From the NCBI GenBank assembly GCA_001788295.1, contig MGBO01000021.1:13906-66410 (forward strand): a stretch of DNA of 52,505 nt, in the 5' to 3' direction. The position numbers and the translations under genes were made by a program. Below the pieces are notes generated by a model, which saw only the letters and a program-made list of their open reading frames with translations, was not told the DNA's origin and made no database searches. Shown piece by piece: positions 46,710 through 52,505 of this stretch. Positions within the stretch are counted from its first letter, which is position 1; each line of letters begins with the position of its first letter. This DNA comes from Candidatus Roizmanbacteria bacterium RIFOXYC1_FULL_41_16 (GTDB lineage Bacteria; Patescibacteriota; Microgenomatia; UBA1406).

Positions 46710-48997
46710 CCGTTGTTATCGGTACACTAAACAGACCAAAAATTGTCAGTCAACTACTAAAACAACTCGTCAATGAAAGTCGTCAACTTTTATTTGAAGT
46801 CTTAGTTTTTGATCAGTCTAATTCACAGAATTATAGGAAACTAAAAAATGATTTTCCTTCCCAGACAAATTTTCGGCTTTTTCATTTAGATACTCCTAAT
46901 ACCTGCCATTATCTTAATTTGGGTTGGCAAAAAGCGAAAACGCCAATAGTTTTGTATTTAGATGATGACGTTATCATTACTAGTAACACTCTTACAAGCC
47001 ACTTAAAAGCTTACCGTAATAAACAAATTAATGGAGTCGCCGGACGGGTTATCAATCAGCCAGAAACAACAGAACCGGGTAGGGGAGTTGGTAAAATCAG
47101 TTTTTTTGGTGCTCTTATTGTTAAGCGTTTTTTTGACCAGACCAAGCAATGGGTTGATTTCCCTTATGGCTGTAATATGTCTTTTCGCACTGATGTCTTA
47201 AAAGAATTAGGCGGTTTCGACGAAAAACTCAAGCCACCAATTTATGCCTACAACGAAGTTGATTTGGGTGTCCGTCTCAACCAGCGTTTTCCCAAGTCGT
47301 TAATTTTCGAACCCAAAGCTCTTGTTACTCATCTACGGCATTTTTTAGGTGGAACCCGTACTTATGATCAGGGAGCAATCAATAAAAGCAGCCAGCACAA
47401 TTACGGATACTTTTTAGCCAAAAACTACTCCTGGCATCAAAATCTAATCGCTTTAGCCAGACGCCTAGCCTTTCAAATAATCAAAGAGCCTTTCCAAATT
47501 CCGGCCATTTTTTCCGGGTTTCTACTTGGAAAATCCAAGACCCAATATTTTAATCTTCTGGCCTTTGTCGGTTTATTGACGCTGGCGGTTTTTTTTCGTT
47601 TCTGGAATTTAGGTCAATTTTTTACCTTTAATTTTGACGAGGAATACCAGGCTTTGTTAGCTTGGGAGCAGGTTAAAAATCCGCATTTAATCTGGATTGG
47701 GGTAAGCGCGTCCAATATTAGTTACTATCTGGGCCCGGGCTTTACTTACCTTAACGCTTTTTTGTTTAATATTTCCTCAGATCCGCTAATTTTGGCGTAT
47801 TTTGGATCCGGATTGGGAATCGTCACAGCCTTGAGCCTGTTTTATATTACTAATCGGTTTTACGGAACCAAAGCGGCTTTCTTTGCCTTGGCTTTTTACA
47901 GCGGTTCAATGTTCCTTAGTTATTTCGACCGTCGGTTCTGGAATCCTACTCCGATAATGTTTGTGTCCTTGTGGTTCTTCTACTGCCTGATGAGGCTGAG
48001 GGAAGATCCTCGATATTTAATTTTGCTTTTTCTGCTGCTTGGCTTATCGCTACATATTCATCTGTCGCTATTGGCTTTCTGGCCGGTAACCTTATTGATT
48101 ATTTTATTCAATTGGCGCTCAGTTAAATTAAAAATCTGGCTTCTTAGCATCATCAGCTGGTTTCTGGTTACTCTGCCGTTACTGGTTTTTGATTTTGTCC
48201 ATAACTTCGACAATTTATTAATGCCGATTCGATATTTGCGTAAATTTTTGGATTTCCAAAATCAAGGCAATCTTACTTACAGCTTTGGTCAGTTTTTAAA
48301 TACTTTGTCCAGGATTTGGTACATTCATCCTTATTCCAATACGCAAGATGAATTACAGTTAGGCGTGCATGGCCGGATCACCGGCACATATATGCCATTA
48401 GCCCTGCTTTCTTTACTTATAATAATGTCGGTTTTTATTTTAAGCTTCAGTTTTAAAAAGTATCGTCTGCTAGCCGCCCTTATGTTTAGTTTTATGCTTG
48501 TTTACTTTTTTTATCCGGGCGGAGTCGTTGCTTATTTTTTGCTGGGCTTCTTAGTTTTGTTTGTTATCTCAATCGGTATATTTTTTTCCAAGTTGCCGTT
48601 AGGGTTGGCGATTGTTTTAATAATTCCGTATTTTCTCGTTAACTCATACGCTTTAATTACCAGTCAGCAGGAGCAGTTTGGTCTGTCGACCCGAAAAAAA
48701 TTGATTAAGCAAATTAACCCCGAGCTCAAAGGTAAATCTTTTTATCTGGAAACCCGCACCACAGACGGTCGTAAATATCATTCGGCCGGTGGCTGGCGTT
48801 ATTTATTTAAGGCTTACGGTTCGACTCCGGCTCAGTCTCATGCCGATGACTTTTTTGGCTGGATTTATTCAGACGAAATTTCAGCCCAAAAACCTCAATA
48901 TAGAATCATTGTTTCCGAGTACCAAACCATAATTTCTGTTCCGATAATTAAACAGTTTAGTTCTGGCGTGTATCATGCTTATCTGGTCAAAAATTAG
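46670..48997 (+). CDS. Fusion protein: N-terminal GT2 (GT-A) domain plus C-terminal GT-C membrane glycosyltransferase
   Basis: Residues ~12-290: VVIGTLNR, YLDDD, GCNMSFR, LGGFDE. Residues ~295-775: FRFWNL...FNFDEE, YYLGPG, FDRRFWNP, many TMs. Single uninterrupted ORF. Confidence 0.8.
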   Translation: MAKREAKTDAVQLTVVIGTLNRPKIVSQLLKQLVNESRQLLFEVLVFDQSNSQNYRKLKNDFPSQTNFRLFHLDTPNTCHYLNLGWQKAKTPIVLYLDDDVIITSNTLTSHLKAYRNKQINGVAGRVINQPETTEPGRGVGKISFFGALIVKRFFDQTKQWVDFPYGCNMSFRTDVLKELGGFDEKLKPPIYAYNEVDLGVRLNQRFPKSLIFEPKALVTHLRHFLGGTRTYDQGAINKSSQHNYGYFLAKNYSWHQNLIALARRLAFQIIKEPFQIPAIFSGFLLGKSKTQYFNLLAFVGLLTLAVFFRFWNLGQFFTFNFDEEYQALLAWEQVKNPHLIWIGVSASNISYYLGPGFTYLNAFLFNISSDPLILAYFGSGLGIVTALSLFYITNRFYGTKAAFFALAFYSGSMFLSYFDRRFWNPTPIMFVSLWFFYCLMRLREDPRYLILLFLLLGLSLHIHLSLLAFWPVTLLIILFNWRSVKLKIWLLSIISWFLVTLPLLVFDFVHNFDNLLMPIRYLRKFLDFQNQGNLTYSFGQFLNTLSRIWYIHPYSNTQDELQLGVHGRITGTYMPLALLSLLIIMSVFILSFSFKKYRLLAALMFSFMLVYFFYPGGVVAYFLLGFLVLFVISIGIFFSKLPLGLAIVLIIPYFLVNSYALITSQQEQFGLSTRKKLIKQINPELKGKSFYLETRTTDGRKYHSAGGWRYLFKAYGSTPAQSHADDFFGWIYSDEISAQKPQYRIIVSEYQTIISVPIIKQFSSGVYHAYLVKN

Positions 48998-50399
48998 GCA
49001 AAATCACTGGTTAATCTTGTCTTTTCTATTTATATTTATTCTGCGTTTTGTCCAAGTTGGGGAACGCTTTCATTTTGGGATTGACGAAGAGTATCAGTCT
49101 TTGCTTGGTCTTAGTCTAATTAAAGACTTTAGGCCGATTTGGATTGGCACCAGTCAAGCTGACACTGGTTTTTATCTTGGCCCGGGCTTTGTTTATTTAC
49201 ACGCGCTCTTACTCAGACTGTCAAACCTGGACCCCTTGATTCTAGCTTATAGTGCCAGTTTATTAGGCTTTTTGATAGCAGTAGCTCTTTATTATACAAC
49301 TCGACAACTCTTCAACTCCAGAGTTGCCCTTATCTCGTTAATTATCTATGCCGGCTCTGCTTTCATCCTGACATTTGATCGCCGGTTCTGGAACCCATCA
49401 CCAATTCCGCTGATCTCAATTTTGTTTTTCTGGGCTTACCAAAAATCATTGAACGATTCTCGTTGGTATGTTTTGATTGCCTTGCTGCTGGCTGGCTCTT
49501 TTCATGTTCATGCCTCTTTACTCATTTATCTGCCAATTACGATTTATATTATCTTGACCAGGTTAAAAAAGAAAAGCTTTAACATTACTTTTAAAACCGG
49601 CTTACTGTCTCTTATTGTCTTTCTGGCCCTCTATTTTCCTCTAATTGTCTTTGATGTAGTCCATAACTTTGATAATTTACTAACTCCAGTTCGTCTTTTG
49701 AGTAGAGCAGGGAGCAGTTTTGAACCTGGTCTTATGTTCCGCCACTTGCAAATTATGATTTCAACTTTGGCAAACTTTATACTATTTATTAATCTGGCTT
49801 CTATTTTTAGAATCGCAGTCTTTTTAATCTTGGTGATAATTAATATACATTTTCTTTTAACAGCCAAGGGTCTGGCAAATAAAATTTTGAAAATAATTCA
49901 GACTTTTTATTTTATAATGTTTTTATTCTATCCCGGCACCATCAATGATTATTACTATCTAGGCTGGCTGCCATTTCAAGCGATTGTGTTGGCGCAATTA
50001 ATGTGCAAACTCAAGCTTTTGCCACTAGTAATGCTATTACTGGTATATATTTCTGTCAATACTGCTGTCTTTGTCAATCGGCCGCTGTCAGGCAATTTGT
50101 TAGCCAAAAAGGCGCTAGTTCAAAAAGTCAGTCGTTATCTTGACTCCCGCCCCTTTTATTTAGAAACAGATCGGGATTATCTGTATTTTGGCGGCTGGCG
50201 ATATCTTTTTGAAGCCTACGGCCAAAAACCGGCCGCCAGCCAGGCCGATAGTATGTTCGGCTGGATTTATCCGACAGAAATCAGCAGCCAAAAACCGAGG
50301 TTAAAAGTGATTGTTTCAGAAAACAAAGTCAAATTATTAAAAGAAAGTAAAATAACAATAACAAGCAAGCCCTTTACGGCAAATATTTTAAAAGACTAG
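48975..50399 (+). CDS. GT-C membrane glycosyltransferase, paralog of the preceding GT-C domain
   Basis: LRF......FGIDEE, FYLGPG, FDRRFWNPSP, VHNFDNLL.P, GGWRYLF.AYG..PA.S.AD..FGWIY. Confidence 0.8.
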   Translation: MLIWSKIRQNHWLILSFLFIFILRFVQVGERFHFGIDEEYQSLLGLSLIKDFRPIWIGTSQADTGFYLGPGFVYLHALLLRLSNLDPLILAYSASLLGFLIAVALYYTTRQLFNSRVALISLIIYAGSAFILTFDRRFWNPSPIPLISILFFWAYQKSLNDSRWYVLIALLLAGSFHVHASLLIYLPITIYIILTRLKKKSFNITFKTGLLSLIVFLALYFPLIVFDVVHNFDNLLTPVRLLSRAGSSFEPGLMFRHLQIMISTLANFILFINLASIFRIAVFLILVIINIHFLLTAKGLANKILKIIQTFYFIMFLFYPGTINDYYYLGWLPFQAIVLAQLMCKLKLLPLVMLLLVYISVNTAVFVNRPLSGNLLAKKALVQKVSRYLDSRPFYLETDRDYLYFGGWRYLFEAYGQKPAASQADSMFGWIYPTEISSQKPRLKVIVSENKVKLLKESKITITSKPFTANILKD

Positions 50400-50422
50400 G
50401 TTATAGTTGTTATAATTAAATC

Positions 50423-51211
50423 GTGAAAAAACAAACCATTACAGCCGTAATTCCGGCCGGAAATGAAGAAGATAATATCGAACGCTGCCTTAAAAGTCTG
50501 CTTTGGTGCGATCGGATTCAGGTCCTTTTTTTGGGACAAGACAAAACCGCAAGAATAGCCAAAAAATACAAGGCAGAAGTAATAAAGTTCGACAAGCCCG
50601 AGTTCCATGATATCGTTGGTGTGCAAAAGAGTGTAAACTGGGCCATTGATCATTGCCAAACCGACTGGATGCTTAGAATCGATGCTGACGAAGTCGTGAC
50701 AGCAGAAGTTAAGCATGAAATTCAAAATATTCTGACCAAACCCCAAGTTAATAAAACAGATCTGATGGCTTATGGAATCCCGCGTAAGCAGTATTTTTTG
50801 GGTGACTATCTCAAGGGCGGTGATTGGGCTTACGACCGGCTCGTGCGTTTATTTAAACCTCAATTTTGTCGATACGAACCAATTGTGGCTGTACACGAAC
50901 AGCTTAAGGTTAAAGGGAAAGTCGGCTATCTCAAAAATCCACTTTTGCATTTTTCCCATCCTGATTTAAAAACTTTGATCACGAAATTTAATTTTTATAC
51001 CACTCTGGAAGCCAAACAACTACGAAATAGCTTATTTTCTTCCTTTTTGAAGATGCTGTTTAATCCGCCTTATATTTTTCTTCGCTGGCAATTGTATCAT
51101 CATGGTTATCGTGATGGTATCAGAGGTTTCGGAGCGGCCTTAGCTCGCGGTTATTATGATTTTTTACTCTATTTCAAGAGAATAAAATACCTAGTTAAGA
51201 AGAGTAAGTAG
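50423..51211 (+). CDS. GT2 glycosyltransferase (WaaE/KdtX beta-1,4-glucosyltransferase-like)
   Basis: NEEDNIERCL.SL.W, W.L.IDADE, RLF, VHE, L.H, GYRDG..G; TGTTATAAT 6 nt before the GTG. Confidence 0.88.
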   Translation: MKKQTITAVIPAGNEEDNIERCLKSLLWCDRIQVLFLGQDKTARIAKKYKAEVIKFDKPEFHDIVGVQKSVNWAIDHCQTDWMLRIDADEVVTAEVKHEIQNILTKPQVNKTDLMAYGIPRKQYFLGDYLKGGDWAYDRLVRLFKPQFCRYEPIVAVHEQLKVKGKVGYLKNPLLHFSHPDLKTLITKFNFYTTLEAKQLRNSLFSSFLKMLFNPPYIFLRWQLYHHGYRDGIRGFGAALARGYYDFLLYFKRIKYLVKKSK

Positions 51212-52093
51212 TTTTTGAGCTGGCATAAGTGACATTTCAATGTCTGCTTCTTTTGTAAAACCAGCCAAGTGTGGAGTCAAAATAACGTTTGTTAATTTAA
51301 AAAATTCATCTCGCAAGTGAGGTTCGTTTTCAAACACGTCCAAAGCCGCTCCGCTGATAATTCCATTCTCAAGCGCGTATATTAAATCAGTTTCATTAAT
51401 GATACCGCCCCGGGAAGTGTTGATAATAGAGGCTGTTTTTTTCATCTTTTTCAGTTGCGGCAAGCTGAATAAATTGATAGTTTGCTTATTCAGAGGCAGG
51501 TGTAAAGAAATAATATCGGCTTTATTAATTAAATCTTCCAGTTCGGTTTTAATAATTCCATATTTAATCAGTTCTTCTTGATTCAAAAACGGATCAAATC
51601 CCAATATTTGCTTGACTTCATAATTGGCGAGTTTCTTGGAAACAAGTTTGCCGATAGCGCCACAGCCTACCAAACCAATCGTTTTGTTTTTGATTTCAAA
51701 TCCAATCAAATTCCGTTCTCGCCATTTTTTTTTAGTTAGCAAATAATTTTGGGGGGCAAAATTTCGCAATAGTAGCGTTGCCAAAGCAATCACCATTTCG
51801 GCCACTGCGTTAGCGTTTGCTCCGGGAGAGTTGATCACCGTAATTTTCTGGCTCTTACAATAATTCAAATCAATATTGTCCAATCCTACACCAGCTCTTA
51901 ATAAATATTTTAAATTGGGATATTTTTCCAAAAAGCTCCGGTTGGCTTGCGTATAAGTACGAATAAAAATAGCTTCTAGAGTTTTTATTTGAGCGAGGGT
52001 CGGTTCATCAATGATTAACTGGTGGCCATTTTTTTTTAACAATGCCAGTGCTTGAGAATGTATCTCTGTTGGTTCTACTATCTGAATCAGCAT
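51191..52093 (-). CDS. D-isomer-specific 2-hydroxyacid dehydrogenase, SerA (phosphoglycerate dehydrogenase)-like, no ACT domain
   Basis: RAGVGLDNID, NANAVAE, GCGAIG, SLHLP, INTSRGG, AALDVFENEP, TPHLAG. Start moved to ATG 52093, 6 nt after TATAAT. Confidence 0.88.
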   Translation of the reverse strand: MLIQIVEPTEIHSQALALLKKNGHQLIIDEPTLAQIKTLEAIFIRTYTQANRSFLEKYPNLKYLLRAGVGLDNIDLNYCKSQKITVINSPGANANAVAEMVIALATLLLRNFAPQNYLLTKKKWRERNLIGFEIKNKTIGLVGCGAIGKLVSKKLANYEVKQILGFDPFLNQEELIKYGIIKTELEDLINKADIISLHLPLNKQTINLFSLPQLKKMKKTASIINTSRGGIINETDLIYALENGIISGAALDVFENEPHLRDEFFKLTNVILTPHLAGFTKEADIEMSLMPAQKLLTLLN

Positions 52094-52195
52094 ACCCTTA
52101 TTATATCTCAATTAAAATAACCAAAGCAAAGGCCGATTGGCGGCAATTATCAGATGTCGTTTCGATTTTTTGCTGCTCTGGTGCTATAATCTATA

Positions 52196-52489
52196 ATGTT
52201 TATGTCCAGTAAAGAGGCCTTTCAAACATCATCAAAAGAAACGAGGTCTGACGAATGCTATTCTTTTCCAGCAGAGACAGTGATATATATTGATGGACGG
52301 CGATCAGCAGTGCTTCGCGTACAAGCGACTGGCAAGGGAAGCGGGAAAAAAATTAAAGGACTTGCAGCATATACAGCCACCTGTCGATTAGATCTGTTCT
52401 ATAATGGAAATTACTGGAGTTTACCTGAGGGAACAATATTCACCGCTTATCAAAATAAGGCTAGAAGAATACAAGAAAGCTCAAATTAA
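52196..52489 (+). CDS. Hypothetical 97-aa protein
   Basis: ORF preceded by TGCTATAAT (5 nt upstream); alternative start ATG 52202; no family recognised. Confidence 0.6.
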   Translation: MFMSSKEAFQTSSKETRSDECYSFPAETVIYIDGRRSAVLRVQATGKGSGKKIKGLAAYTATCRLDLFYNGNYWSLPEGTIFTAYQNKARRIQESSN

Positions 52490-52505
52490 CCTTTTCTCTA
52501 AGCCA

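Noticed and set aside
14998-51211. Glycan locus as a mobile genomic island
   Set aside because: It looks more AT-rich by eye, but no integrase, transposase, att repeat or flanking tRNA is visible.
675-51581. Numerous 60-140 aa antisense or alternate-frame ORFs inside long genes
   Set aside because: All overlap well-supported CDSs and show no recognisable motifs; treated as shadow ORFs.
3291-52150. Recurrent GCAATTAT upstream of the gyrB, murF and 52196 promoters
   Set aside because: AT-rich 8-mer at inconsistent distances from the -10 boxes; cannot be distinguished from chance.
1-52505. Alternative genetic code (TGA=Gly), CRISPR array, rRNA or defence system
   Set aside because: Conserved genes end at TGA with ATGA overlaps and are full length under code 11; no repeat-spacer array, rRNA-like segment or cas/defence genes were seen.

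Overview
Bacterial chromosomal segment using genetic code 11 (TGA is a stop). Gene content, tight ATGA overlaps, few Shine-Dalgarno motifs and -10 boxes directly before start codons suggest a reduced-genome Patescibacteria/CPR organism, probably Microgenomates-like; this is an inference, not a database result. Positions 1-15 kb are housekeeping: 3' end of ruvB, a 57-aa HxxxCxxC-x5-C ORF missing from the ORF track, tRNA-Pro/Leu/Thr, a membrane-anchored GH39, rarA, gyrB-ppa-gyrA-folD-like, a CPHC oxidoreductase, murF-like, lepA, pyk and a Crp/Fnr regulator. Positions ~15-51.2 kb hold a single-strand, 30-gene surface-glycan locus: two flippases, a full WbpA/B/E/D/I-like 2,3-diacetamido-uronic acid route plus an AsnB amidotransferase, a second dehydrogenase/aminotransferase/acetyltransferase trio, a CapE-like dehydratase with a stand-alone cupin, a GDP-mannose 3,5-epimerase-like enzyme, an SGNH/MBOAT O-acylation pair and five GT-C-type membrane glycosyltransferases, one fused to a GT2 domain. 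The window ends with a SerA-like dehydrogenase and a 97-aa protein of unknown function. The most notable observations are tandem CIRCE-like repeats between lepA and murF, pervasive leaderless promoter architecture, the GT2/GT-C fusion, and the GT-C-rich locus with no recognisable Wzy, WaaL or initiating phosphoglycosyl transferase. No CRISPR array, transposase, integrase or rRNA was seen. All calls come from motif recognition by eye.
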